The position numbers were made by a program, and so were the translations under genes. Positions 25,094 through 38,257 of a stretch of 64,000 nt of DNA are shown here, piece by piece. The notes beneath the pieces were generated by a model that saw nothing but the letters and a program-made list of their open reading frames with translations, was not told the DNA's origin and searched no databases. The DNA comes from Scyliorhinus canicula. Its lineage: Eukaryota. The stretch spans positions 6,412,285-6,476,284 of the forward strand of contig NC_052169.1 in the NCBI RefSeq assembly GCF_902713615.1. Direction: 5' to 3'. The stretch's first letter is position 1. Each line of letters starts with the position of its first letter.

Positions 25094-26024
25094 CTGTCAG
25101 GGAACAGAAACTCTCACTGTTATTTTCTGATGGTGGTGAGCAAAAACTGAATTAGCCTCGCAGCGCCTGGATGAATTTCAGCGGAAGATTCCTCGCCTGA
25201 CTCTGGAATGCTTCCTCGTGATTCACTCAGAAGTCCACAGCATCAACTCTGGCTCAGATGCAAAACAAAGCTCCCTCTCGCACTTCGTACCAATGAACTT
25301 TAATTCCAACCTCAGGTGACAAACACTGATCATCTAACTTCTAGTTCTTCTATTCTTATTCTCCTCCCAGAGTGAGACTGCTATTCATTAGCTTAAGTAA
25401 TTCATTCTCCAGACTAGAGTAGCTTGGCCAGAAACACAGTAACAGACCACCTGCCTGCTCTTCCCATCAGTCATGTATGCACAAGACCTACTGGAGCAGG
25501 GGAAAAGTTAGAGAAAAGAGCAGGAATTTATGCTCTAATTTCTTCTCTCCTCTGCAAATTCTCTCCAAGATCACGCCACAGATGTGCTTTGCCAAAGAAA
25601 CTGGCGGTAAAATTTTCTACGTAGCAGGGGGCTCCTGTTTCAAAAGTAGTATTGGGACATAACTTTTGACATTATGCTTTTAATTCTCACAATCATACAC
25701 GGTTTTAAAGAATGAGGTTTAGTTGCAAACTAAACTTTTCTCCCAATATTTTTCTAAAATTTATTCACCTCTTAAATATTTATGCTGTCCTCGGGTGAAA
25801 TGTTGGTCTGGGGAACAGAACACAATTCCATCTCAGGTAAGTGCTCCCAGGTAAAGTATGGCATCATTCAATGCAGAATCATGCTCACTCTAATTTTCTT
25901 CCAACAATGTATTTTGGGCCAAGCAGAGAACAGCAATCACTGTGGTAGATCTACATGTCTTGTAATTACCTGCATTATCCACCCTGAGACTTCTCTCTGA
26001 AATAATTAATTATCAACAGTGGTA

Positions 26025-26340
26025 ATCATAGAATCCCTACAATGCAAAGGAGGCCATTCAGCCCATTGCATCTGCACCGCTCCTCCCAAAGAGCACCCTA
26101 CCTAGGCCCACCCCTATGCCCCATCCCCGTAACCTGTCCTAACCTTTGGACACTAAGGGGCAATTTAGCATAGCAAATCCATCTAATCTGCACATCTTTG
26201 GACTGTGGGAGGAAATCAGAGCACGTGGAGGAAACCCACGCAGACATGGGAGAACATGCAAACTCCACACATACATCACCCAAGGTCAGAATACGAACCC
26301 AGGTCCCTGGAGTTGAGGCAGCAGTGCTAACCACTGTGTA
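26025..26340 (-). mobile_element. HE1/V-SINE
   Basis: V core and CR1-type tail. Confidence 0.8.
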
Positions 26341-26477
26341 ATCTTCATGTTGAGAACACACCCACAAGGTGCTGGATTGAAACTGCAAACTTAAATCTTT
26401 ACACACTAGAAAAGATTGAACAACATTTCAATGACTACTCTTACCACAGGCTTGACATTTAAAGATAGCAGGTTTAC

Positions 26478-26620
26478 CTCATCATGCGCAATGTCCTGGT
26501 TGTTGGGAATAATCCACAACAAGAGTTCCTCTTGATTAAGTTTGCCATCCTTGTCTTTGTCATAATCATTTTCAAAGCGATCACGTTCCACAGTTACCCA
26601 TTCTGGATCTTCCTCTGCAC
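26478..26620 (-). CDS. RCN2: RCN2 coding exon 6 ([47 protein letters not shown])
   Basis: Within track ORF 26406-26630; aaatag| ... |gtaaac boundaries, 143 nt, EF-hand. Confidence 0.95.
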
Positions 26621-27059
26621 CTATTTTCATGAGGTGGAAACATTCTTAGCTACAAAATACTAACATTAGATAGCGCCAACCAGCAATGTTCTTGCAGAGT
26701 TGAAGGATTACATGGTGAATTGTTCCCATCTAGTTTATGGGTAGGGTGGTGATGGGCAGGGGAAGGTGGTACGAGAAGGTTAATTTTACACTCAAAGTTC
26801 TCCTGGCATACATAGCTTGAAACTATATCAGACATATAAAGAAATTTGGAGAGTTGATTATACACCTCTTACATACATCAGCCTTGGTTTCAGACAGCCA
26901 ACTAGATATACCCGAACCCACTCAGATAGGGAATGGTGTGCGATCATGGTGACACCCTCCAATTACTGCGAACGTTTCATATAACTGGGTGTTAAGCAAC
27001 AGCAGGACTGGGATTCTCAGTTTGATATTCCTTTCTGTTTCCCTACTAGGTGGGAGATG

Positions 27060-28030
27060 GCAGCGCCACGGTAGAGTCCCTACATTAGTAATCCAGAGGA
27101 CCAGACCAAAGCTCTGAGGACATGGCTTCAAATTCCACCACGGCAGCTGGTGGAATTTGAATTCAATTGCTAAAATCTGGAATTGAAAGCTGGCCTCAGT
27201 CATGGTGATCATGAAACAATCATTAATTCTGGTTAGAGACAAAAATGGTGGCACAGTGGTTAGCACTGCTGCCTCACGGCGCTGAAGGACCGGATTCGAT
27301 CACGGCCCTGGTTCACTGCCCGTGTGGAGTTTGCACACTCTCCCAGTGTTTGTGTGGGTCTCAGCCCCACAACCCAAAGATGTGCAGGGTAGGTGAATTG
27401 GCCACACTAAATTGCCTCTTAATTGGAAACAAAAAAGAATTGGGTACTCTAAATTTAATTTTTTTTAAAAATCCATTTGGTTCATTAATGCCCTTTTAGG
27501 GAAGGAAATCGTCCATCCTGTGATATGTACATGTGACTCCAGACCCTCAGCAATTTTTTTACATAGAATTACATAGAATTTACAGTGCAGAAGGAGGCCA
27601 TTCGGCCCATCGAGTCTGCACCGGCTCTTGGAAAGAGCACCCTACCCCCTATCCAAGGTTAACACCTCCACCCTATCCCCATTACCCAGTAACCCCACCC
27701 AACACTAAGGGCAATTTTGAATACTAAGGGCAATTTATCATGGCCAATCTAACCCGCACATCTTTGGACTGTGGGAGGAAACCGGAGCACCCGGAGGAAA
27801 CCCACGCACACACGGGGAGGATGTGCAGACTCCGCACAGACAGTGACCCAAGCCGGGAATCGAACCTGGGACCCTGGAGCTGTGAAGTGATTGTGCTATC
27901 CACAAGGCTACCGTGCTGCCCCTTTGGTTGACTCTTAACTGTCTTCTGCAGTGGCCTAGCAAGCCACTGGGGCAATTAGGGATGGGCAACAAAGACTGGC
28001 CTGTCCAGCAACACCCAAATCCCACAAAAG
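27060..28030. mobile_element. Older tRNA-SINE (plus strand) with nested SINEs at 27245-27470 (+) and 27560-27922 (-)
   Basis: ttcaaattccacca..tttgaattcaa, tagggaaggaaat, gggcaattagggatgggc tail; related copies at 430-990 and 57190-57555. Confidence 0.7.
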
Positions 28031-28550
28031 AATAAGGAGAAAAGAAAAGGTCAGGGAATACTTTACTGAAACACCACACCTTAGATGAGGAACTAAACTT
28101 CAGGGAATTATAGGTTCCAAACTAATTTCTACATAATGTGAAAGTACCCAGATATCGGGATATTACCATTATCGAAAAGAAAAATCAACAAACTATAAAA
28201 TTGCAATTTGTGAATCCCAAACAATTTTTAGAAGTCTAAAAGATCATTCAACAAAGGAAGAGATAGGGAGCTCCACAGTTTTGAGGGTTTTTTTTGTAGC
28301 AAGAATGACTTCGAGAAGAAGACGATACTGCAAAGAATCTTTGTTGGAGTTCAGTAATCGAAAGGAGGAGGTGTATGTTGAATGTATTTACATTTTGGCC
28401 GGGAGAGGGGGAAACAATAGGAAATTTCACAGCGGCAATGATCATAGTAATATCAATAACGTCAACAAGAATGGTTGGTCACACCCGGAATCACTGGTTT
28501 GAAAATGTTGCATTAATTCACCGAGGAAATATAATATTAATTTAACTAAC

Positions 28551-28647
28551 CTGGGTCTTTTTTGTAGTCACCAAGGTATTCGTCTAAGCTGACAAACCCA
28601 TCTTTGTCACGATCATGTTCATCTAAAGCATCCTGTATGACGTAATC
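28551..28647 (-). CDS. RCN2: RCN2 coding exon 5 ([32 protein letters not shown])
   Basis: ttgtag| ... |gttagt boundaries, 97 nt, EF-hand [13 protein letters not shown]. Confidence 0.96.
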
Positions 28648-29005
28648 CTACAATTTGAAAGTTAAAAGCATTTGTATTGATATTAGGTGGACATGCAATC
28701 AATCTCAGTTGTGATGTTACCCATAGTTGAAGGCCCCGGGGGATACCACTGCCCATGGAACTCTACTCCAGCACAAACTACACGATAAAGGGGAAGATTC
28801 TTCAACTAGCTGATCTGTCCCCCCAGTTACTCAGGCTTTCACCTTTTAGTAGTGTGCAGTAAACAATTGAAATGAAGCAGTATCTATAACTGGAAAAGTT
28901 CCACAGACCACTCTTATTAAGAAGATTTAAAAAATGTTTTTTATTCACATATCAGTAGCTAATATTTAATATAACTTGCACAATAGACACCATACTGTAA
29001 CTCAC

Positions 29006-29119
29006 CTTCATATAATCAGCTTCCTCTGGGTGTTCAAATGCTACAAATTCTGAGAGAGTCAGTCCGGGTAACTCATCATTGTTTGCTTTCTCAAATCGTT
29101 TTTTATCTTTCAAAAAAAT
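29006..29119 (-). CDS. RCN2: RCN2 coding exon 4 ([38 protein letters not shown])
   Basis: ctctag| ... |gtgagt boundaries, 114 nt, [10 protein letters not shown] and EF.AFEHPEE CREC motifs. Confidence 0.96.
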
Positions 29120-29644
29120 CTAGAGATAGATCAAGCAAGTTCAGATACTGTTCTTTTTTTGTTCCTGGTTAAGCAGGCTTGAGCAATAAGTTGCTCTGAT
29201 ACCAGACAAACAGGATAAACAATCAATTTGGCATTCAGATTTCAAATATACGAAACAAAAAGGTTATCCTTTCCTCTCAAAGACTTCTGGAATGTTAATT
29301 CAAAATGTATCTTTATCCTTAATTGGATATCAGCCCTGGCAGTCACAGTATCTGGTCTCTGTGGGTTCAGGTCCCACTTCAGAAACTGCAGTCACCGTTC
29401 AATGCAGGAAAATCAGAAGTTTAAACACTTTGTGAAAAGCAATACAAAAAGCAGCAATGTTGTAAATGATGAGATTCTTAAATTGGAGGAACAGGGAGAT
29501 AGATGAAAAGAACAAGTCCCAGATACACAAATCTTGAAATGGTGTGATTCCGGACAGGCGCCAGAATGTGGCAACTAGGGGCTTTTCAAGTAACTTCATT
29601 GAAGCCTACTCGAGACAATAAGCGATTTTCAATTTCAATTTTCA

Positions 29645-29942
29645 ACTCCAGGGACCCAGGATCGATTCCCAGCTTGGGTCACTGCCTATGTGGAGTCTGC
29701 ACGTTCTCCCAGTGTCGGCGTGGGTTTCCTCCGGGTGCTCTGGTTTCCTCCCACAGTTCAAAGATGTGTAGGTTAGGTGGATTGGCCATGCTAAATTGCC
29801 CTAAATTCCCAAAACGGTTAGGTGGGGTTACTGGGTTATGGGGATAGGGTGGAAGTGTGGGCTTAGGTAGGGTGTTCTTTCCAAGGACTGGTGCAGACTT
29901 GGTGGGCTGGATGGCCTCCTTCTGCACTGTAAATTCTATGAT
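29645..29942 (+). mobile_element. HE1/V-SINE
   Basis: V core and aattctatg tail. Confidence 0.8.
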
Positions 29943-30219
29943 ACGTAAAAACAAACAAAAATGCTGTGTTTTGTTTTAAAGCAGTGGGATTGAAAATAAA
30001 AGCCATGAGCTAATGTTGAAGTTGTACACAGCATTGGTTAGGCCACAGTTGGAGTACTGTGAGGAATTTTAGATGTCCCTTATAGGAAGGATATTAGAAT
30101 CATTGAAATTAAGATTTACCAGGTTCATACAAGGAAGGAGAGATTATAACTATGAAAAGAGCAGAAAATGACAGCATTTTCATTTTAGCATGGACCGCTG
30201 ATCAGAACTCTAATAAATC

Positions 30220-30665
30220 AGGGCAGCACGGTGGCCTAGTGGTTAGCACAACCGCCTCACGGCGCTGAGGTCCCAGGTTCGATCCCGGCTCTGGGTCACT
30301 GTCCGTGGGGAGTTTGCACATTCTCCACGTGTCTGTGTGGGTTTCGCCCCCACAACCCAAAAATGTGCAGAGTAGGTGGATTGGACACGCTAAATTGCCC
30401 CTTAATTGGAAAAAATAATTGGGTAATCTAAATTTTAAAAAAAAGAAAAAAAAAAGAACTCTAATAAATCTGGTACACAGCGCCGAGGTCCCAGATTCGA
30501 TCCCGGCTCTGGGTCACTGTCCGTGTGGAGTTTGCACATTCTCCCCGTGTTTGCGTGGGTTTTGCCCCCACAACCCAAAGATGTGCAAGGTAGGTGGATT
30601 GAACACACTAAACTGCCCCTTAATTGGAAAAAATTAATCGGTTACTCTAAATTTATTGAAAAAAA
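30220..30665 (+). mobile_element. Two tandem short SINEs at one target site
   Basis: aactctaataaatc occurs three times (30206, 30457, 30666). Confidence 0.88.
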
Positions 30666-31007
30666 AACTCTAATAAATCTTTTGAGATTATCGGAGGTCA
30701 GAGTGAAAGTTTATTTGTATTGTGATTAATCAGTAACAAGGGCACGTAGACACAGTGTTATCACAGTCAGCCTTGACTCAGTGATAGTACTGCTACCTCT
30801 GAAGTTTGTTGAATCAAATCCCATTCATATATAATCCAGACTGACACGAGTACTGCAGGTGTCATTTTTCAGACGAAACTTTAAAACTTGGTTCCATCAT
30901 TCCTATTAGGTGAATTATGAATCAGACATAAATCTACCCCCTTCCAATTCCAAAGCATGCTCCAATGCACTGTTACATGTAGAATGGAAATCTTTGATGA
31001 CATTTAA

Positions 31008-31243
31008 AAATTTTTTATTTTTTATTTTTAAAAAAGAGTACCCAATTATTTTTTTTCAATTAAGGGGCAATTTAGCACGGCCAATCCACCTAACCTGCAC
31101 ATCTTTGGGTTGTGGGGGTGAACCTCGCGCAGACAAGGGGAGAATGTGCAAACTCCACATGAACAGTGACCCAGAGCCGGGATTTGAACCTGGGTCCACA
31201 ACGCCATAGGCAGCAACGCTAACCATTGTGCCATGTGCCGCCC
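31008..31243 (-). mobile_element. Short SINE with TSD
   Basis: TSD gatgacattt. Confidence 0.8.
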
Positions 31244-31659
31244 CGATGACATTTCTAATGATAGTTATGTTCCCTACATTTCAGCATCCCAATGGTTCAG
31301 TTGGAAAAGGCAGTACAAGAAAAGTGATTTTATTTTTCCCTTCTGGCCTATTTAGTCCAACCTTTTCCTGATTATTTGTCTGGATTTTGGGTAACTAATA
31401 AAATACTACTGCTGTATGATAACAAGAAATTAAATTTCCTACCAAATGGGTTCAGCAAACAAAATAATTCTCAGAGGGATTATATTTTCCAAACAGATTG
31501 AGGGGTAGAATTTCTGCTTTGGGAGCAGTACATAATTCAGATGCAAATTGTGTTGTTTTATGAAGTTCAGATCTGGTTCAAGTTTCTGCTTATTTGTATA
31601 ATTACAAAGATAAAGCCTTCCATGAACCAGCAGTGCTTCTTTAGAACTCAAATGTTCCC

Positions 31660-31820
31660 TCCCCGGGTCACTGTCTGTATGGAGTTTGCACATTCTCCCC
31701 GTGTTTGGGTGGGTCTCACCCCCACAACCCAAAGATATGCAGCGTGGGTAGTTTGGCCACGCTAAATTCCCCTTCATTGGAGAAAAAGAATTGGGTACTC
31801 TAAACTTATTTTTAAAAAGA
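31660..31820 (+). mobile_element. 5'-truncated short SINE
   Basis: gggtcactgtc..ccccacaacccaaagat..ttgggtactctaaa. Confidence 0.75.
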
Positions 31821-32289
31821 AATAAAAATTCCCTCAAAAATGTATTGTTTTAAATCAGTTTTAAATAAAAGAGAATGATAACCTCAGCTAAAAATGGATT
31901 TATCAGAGTGTTTGTCACTGTTTTTCCAACAGCTTTGAGTACCTTGATTTTAAATAACTGAAAATGACAATACAAACTTGCCACATTGATAAAATTGATC
32001 TGGGGCTTATCTAGTTTTATGAGTGGGATTGACTTCTAGAGCAATGTTTTCGTACCACAAAAGATCTCAGAAACTTGATTTGTGCTAGACACAAGTTGCA
32101 CTTGAAATTCTTTGATCCTCTGTGATCAATTTCAGACACACTGCACTGGAGCATTGATGCAACCTGGTGAAGCTTCTATCCTTATACTTTCTTTACTGTT
32201 CTTGGGTTCTGTTATGTTGATATGGGAAAGTCACAGTGGTATTGGGCGGATGTTTATTGTTTCTGGCCCTCCAACCACAGCTTATGTAA

Positions 32290-33457
32290 TGTAGCACATG
32301 GCCGTAGCTAGATTTCAGCATTCAGGCGAGGTGAGTGACTGCTGTTGACATTAAGACTGCGTATGGCATCAAGGCGCCTGGGCAAAACTAGAGTCGATGG
32401 GTATCAGGAGAAAATCCTCCACTGGTTGTAGTTATACATTTAAAAAAAAAAATTTGAGTACCCAATTATTTTTTCCAATTAAGGGACAATTTAGAGTGGC
32501 CAATCTACCTATCCTGCACATCTTTGGGTTGTGGGGGTGAAACCCATGCAGACGTTGTAGTCATACATGGCACAAGGAAAGATGGTTATGGTTGTTGGAG
32601 ATTAATCATCTCAGTTCCACGACATCACTACAGTGGAAAGCGCTCTAGGCCCAGCCATCTTCAGCTACTTCATCAATGACAGTCCTTCCATTAAAAGGTC
32701 AGAAGTGGGGATGTTTGCTAATGATTGCTCAACATTCAGCATCATTCGCGACGACTCAGATACTGAAGAAATCTATTTCCAAAATGCACTAAGACCTGGA
32801 CCAATCCAGGCCATGGCTGACAACCGGTAAGTTACATTCACGCCATTCAAGTACCAGACAATGACCATCTCCAACAAGAGAGAATCAAACCATCACTACT
32901 TGACATTCAATGGCATTACCATTGCTGAACGGCCCACTATCAACATCTTGGGATTACCACCAAAAGGGAACAGGACTGGCCACATAAATACTGTGACTAC
33001 AAGAGGTCAGAGGCTGGGAATCCTGCTGCGAGCGTGAAGGAATACACTTGCCTGGATGAGTGTAGCTCCAACAGCACTCAAGCAGCTTGACACCGTACAG
33101 GGTAAATGCAGTCTGCTTGATTGGCACTGCACCCACAAACATTCACTCCCTCCACCACCTACACACCGTGGCAGCAGTGTATGCACCATTTACAAGATCC
33201 ACTATAGAAATTCATCAGCAGTCCTGAGAGAGCATCCTACAAACCCACAACTGCTACCATTTAGAAGGGCAAGGACAGCAGACACATGAAAAATCCGTCA
33301 CTTGGAGGTCCTCTCCAAGCCGCTCACCATCCGGACTTTGGAATATATCACTTTCCTGTCACTGGGTCAAATTCCTGGAACCCCCTCCCTAACTGCACTG
33401 TGGGTGTACCTACACCACATGGACTGCAGTGGTTCAAGGCTGTAGCTCAACAACACC

Positions 33458-33462
<5 letters not shown>
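32290..33462 (+). mobile_element. CR1-clade LINE 3' portion (host of the young L1; its tail resumes at 39613-39660)
   Basis: LGPAIFSYFIND..RSEVGMFAND RT motif; ggactgcagtggttcaag..caccttctc..gggcgataaa tail. Confidence 0.75.
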
Positions 33463-33500
<38 letters not shown>

Positions 33501-33796
33501 TTTTATTGGAATTTTTTGCAGAAAATATAACAAAAAGTATAGCAAAAAGCAGTAATATGCAACTAACAGCCCCATAACACCCACAATTCCCCCCATACCG
33601 TAACATCACATGTATCACATTCCCCCACCCCCCCCCCAAACAAGAGAACTTAACCATAAATTAAAATTAGATAAATCAAATTTAAATAAAATAAGCTAAC
33701 ATAATCATCGCCCCCCCCCCCCCCCCCCCCACCACCCACCCACCCACCCCCCCCCCCCCCCCCCCCCCGGGTTGCTGCTGCTACTGTCCCAGTACC

Positions 33797-36700
33797 CTAT
33801 CGTTGAGCCAGAAAGTCGAGGAAAGGTTGCCACCGTTTAAAGAACCCTTGCACCGATCCTCTCAGGGCGAATTTAACCTTCTCAAGCTTAATAAAGCCCG
33901 CCATGTCATTGATCCAGGTCTCCACGCTTGGGGGCCTCGCGTCCTTCCACTGTAGCAAAATCCTTCGCCGGGCTACTAGGGACGCAAAGGCCAGCACACC
34001 GGCCTCTTTCGCCTCCTGCACTCCCGGCTCTACCCCAACCCCAAAGATCGCGAGTCCCCATCCTGGCTTGACCCTGGATCCCACCACCCTTGACACCGTC
34101 CTCGCCACCCCCTTCCAGAACTCCTCCAATGCCGGGCATGCCCAGAACATATGGGCATGGTTCGCTGGACTCCCCGAGCACCTGGCACACCTATCTTCAC
34201 CCCCAAAGAACCTATTCATCCTCGTCCCAGTCATGTGGGCCCTATGCAGCACCTTGAATTGGATGAGGCTAAGCCGCGCACACGAGGAGGAAGAATTTAC
34301 CCTCTCCAGGGCATCAGCCCATGTACCGTCTTCGATCTGTTCCCCCAGTTCCCCCTCCCACTTCGTTTTCAGCTCCTCTACTGACGCCTCTTCCTTCTCC
34401 TGCATAAGCTTGTAGATATCGGATATCTTCCCCTCCCCGACCCAGACCCCCGAGAGCACCCTGTCACTCACCCCCTTCGCGGGGAGCGCAGGGAATCCCT
34501 CCACCTGCCGTCTAGCAAATGCCTTTACCTGCAGATATCTAAACATGTTTCCCGGCGGGAGCCCAAATTTCTCTTCCAACTCCCCCAGGCTCGCAAACCT
34601 TCCGTCGATAAACAGGTCCTTCAGCTGTCTAATGCCCGCTCTATACCATCCCCGAAATCCCCCATCCATGTTCCCCGGGACGAACCTATGGTTCCCCCTT
34701 AACGGAGCCTCCATCGAGCCCCCCACTTCTCCCCTATGTCGCCTCCACTGCCCCCAAATCTTGAGGGTAGCCGCCACCACCGGACTCGTGGTATACCTCG
34801 TGGGAGGGAGCGGCCACGGCGCCGTTACCAGGGCCCCCAGGCTTGTATCCCCACAGGACGCTCTCTCCATCCGTTTCCATGCTGCCCCCTCCCCCTCCAT
34901 CACCCACTTACGCACCATCGACACGTTGGCCGCCCAGTAATACCCCGAGAGGTTGGGCAACGCCAGCCCCCCCCCATCCCTACTCCGCTCCAAGAAGACC
35001 CTCTTCACCCTTGGGGTGCCATGCGCCCAAACAAATCCCATGATGCTGCTGGTCACTCTTTTAAAAAAGGCCCTAGGGATAAAGATGGGCAAGCACTGGA
35101 AGAGGAACAAGAACCTCGGGAGAACCGTCATTTTGACGGACTGCACTCTGCCCGCCAGCGATAGCGGCACCATGTCCCACCTTTTAAATTCCTCCTCCAT
35201 CTGTTCCACTAGTCTGGTGAAGTTAAGCTTATGAAGAGCCCCCCAACTCCTGGCCACCTGCACCCCCAGGTACCTGAAACTCTTCACTGCCCTCCTGAAG
35301 GGGAGCCTCCCAATTCCCTCCTCCTGATCTCCCGGGTGCACTACAAATACCTCGCTCTTTCCTAAGTTCAGCTTATAGCCCGAGAAGCCCCCAAATTCCG
35401 CTAACAGTTCCATCACCCCCGGCATTCCCCCCTCTGGGTCCGCCACATATAACAGCAGGTCGTCTGCATACAGCGATACCCGGTGCTCCTCCCCCCCCCG
35501 CACCAGACCCCTCCACTTCCCTGACTCCCTCAACGCCATGGCCAGCGGTTCAATCGCCAGTGCAAAGAGCAGGGGGGACAGGGGACACCCCTGCCTGGTC
35601 CCACGATAAAGCCTAAAATACTCCGATCTCCTTCCATTTGTGACTACACTCGCCATCGGCGCCGCGTAAAGCAGCCTCACCCATTTGATGAATCCCTCCC
35701 CAAATCCAAACCTCTCCAGCACCTCCCATAGGTACCCCCAGTCAACTCTATCAAACGCCTTCTCTGCATCCAGCGCCACCACTATCTCCGCCTCCCCCTC
35801 CACTGCCGGCATCATGATAACATTGAGCAGTCTCCGCACATTCGTGTTGAGCTGCCGCCCCTTGACAAACCCTGTCTGATCTTCATGAATTACCTCTGGC
35901 ACACAATCCTCTATCCTGGTAGCCAGGATCTTCGCCAGCAACTTAGCGTCTACGTTAAGGAGTGAAATAGGCCTATATGATCCGCACTGCAAGGGGTCCT
36001 TATCCCGTTTTAGGATCAAAGAGATCAGTGCCCGCGACATCGTCGGGGGCAAAGCCCCCCCCTCCCACGCCTCATTGAAAGTTCGCACCAGCAGGGGACC
36101 CACCAGGTCCGCATATTTTTTGTAAAATTCTGCCGGGAACCCGTCCGGCCCCGGGGCCTTACCTGACTGCATTTGCCCGATCCCCCTGACTAGCTCCTCC
36201 AACTCTATCGGCGCCCCCAGCCCCTCAACCAGCCTCTCTTGAACCCTTGGGAAACATAGCCTGTTCATGAAGCTCTCCATCCCCTCTCTCCCCCTCGGAG
36301 GTTCCGACCGGTACAATCCCTCGTAAAAGTCCCTAAAGACCCCGTTTACTTCTGTCCCCTTCTGCACTACATTTCCACCCCCATCCTTCACTCCCCCAAT
36401 TTCCCTAGCCGCATCTCGCCTACGGAGCTGATGCGCCAACATCCTGCTCGCCTTCTCTCCATACTCATATACCGCACCCTGCGCCCTCCTCCACTGTGTC
36501 TCCGCCTTTCTGGTGGTCAGCAAGTCAAAATTGGCCTGCACCTGCGCCGTTCTCCCAGCAACCCTTCCTCCGGTGCCTCCGCATATCTCCTGTCCACCTC
36601 CAGAAGCTCTCCCACCAGTCTCTCCCTCTCCTTCCTCTCCTTCCTTTCCCTGTGGGCCCGGATGGAGATCAGCTCCCCCCGGATCACTGCTTTCAGAGCC

Positions 36701-37590
36701 TCCCAGACCATCCCCACCTGGACCTCCCCCGTATCATTGGTAACCAGATACCCCTCAATGCTTCTCCGAACCCTCTTACACACCTCCTCCTCCGCCAGCA
36801 TCCCCACATCCAGGCGCCAGAGCGGGCGCTGGTCCCGCGCCTCCCCCATCTCCAGATCAATCCAGTGCGGGGCATGGTCCGAAATCGCTATGGCCGAATA
36901 CTCGGCATCCTGCACCCTCGGGATCAACCCCCTGCTCAGGACAAAAAAGTCTATCCGGGAATAAACCCTATGGACGTGAGAGAAAAAGGAATACTCCCGC
37001 GCTCTCGGTCTCCCAAACCTCCAGGGATCCACCCCTCCCATCTGGTCCATGTATCCCCTCAGCACTTTGGCCGCCGCCGGTCTCCTACCCGTCCTTGAAC
37101 TGGACCGGTCCAGTGTGGGATCCAGCACTGTGTTAAAATCTCCCCCCATGATCAGGCCCCCTGCCTCCAGGTCCGGGACGCGGCCCAACAAGCGCCTCAT
37201 GAAGCCAGCATCATCCCAATTCGGGGCATATACGTTCACCAGCACCACCTTCTCTCCCTGCAGCCTACCCCTCACCATGATATATCTGCCCTCCTTGTCC
37301 GACACCACCTCAGCCGCCTCAAACGCCACCCTCTTCCCCACTAGAATCGCCACCCCCCGGTTCTTTGCGTCCAATCCTGAATGATAAACCTGCCCCACCC
37401 ACCCCTTCCTCAGACGGACCTGGTCCGCCACCTTCAGGTGGGTCTCCTGGAGCATAGCCACGTCCGCCTTCAACCCCCTTAGATGGGAGACCACCCTGGT
37501 TCTCTTAACCGGCCCGTTCAGCCCCCTCACGTTCCAGGTAATCAGCCGGATCAGAGGGCAACCCGCCCCCCTCCCCTGCCGACTAGCCAT
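33797..37590 (-). pseudogene. L1 ORF2p (APE endonuclease-RT-CCHC) with a single frameshift near 36542
   Basis: EN motifs TWNVRGLN, LQETH, GGDFN, RIDFF, SDHAP in ORF 36517-37644; RT (GTRQGCPLSP, YADD) and C-x2-C..H..C in the 914-aa ORF 33797-36541. Confidence 0.93.
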
Positions 37591-38257
37591 AGCTTGGCAG
37601 ATGTTCGCCCCAGGCCAGCATACCCCGCTCGACCCGTTCCCCATGGCGATAGCGCCTCTCCTCTTCCCCCCCGGCCCTCATCGGCTCCTTCCTAGTCGTT
37701 CCCGCAGCAACCCGGTATCCCCCCCCACCCCCCTCCCCCCCCCAGGCTAGGACCCCTCCTAGCCGCGACGCACCCTCCATGGTACTTCCGTGAGTCAGCT
37801 GACTTCTGCTGACCCCGGCAGCTCCCGCCAAAACCTATCCCCTCCCGGCTTGGGGTCATCTCCCTCTTGCCACACCTCCTTGGCATTATTGCAGCGCGGG
37901 AAAAAAGACCCGTAGAGGCCCTTCCCCCATCGCAAGCTCCACCCCCCTGCCCCGCAGCGCGGGAAACCAGAGGAAAGCCCGCGCTTTCACAATGCCACAC
38001 CCCATCCTTCTGACGCAGTTCCCCAAAATCCAGTTTCCCCTCAATCCCCAGCCCCGTACAGAAGAGAACATATAGAACACAAACCCCCAACACTCCCCAC
38101 CTACCCCACAACCATACCCAACAGACAAACCCACCCGTAAACAGAGCAAAAAGAAAACCAGCATACATAACACACATTTCGAAGTTGAAAAAGTTGAAAC
38201 AGTTGGAACAAAACAGCCACAGCGGAAACAACGCCGGCCAAAGTATGTCCCCAGGCC

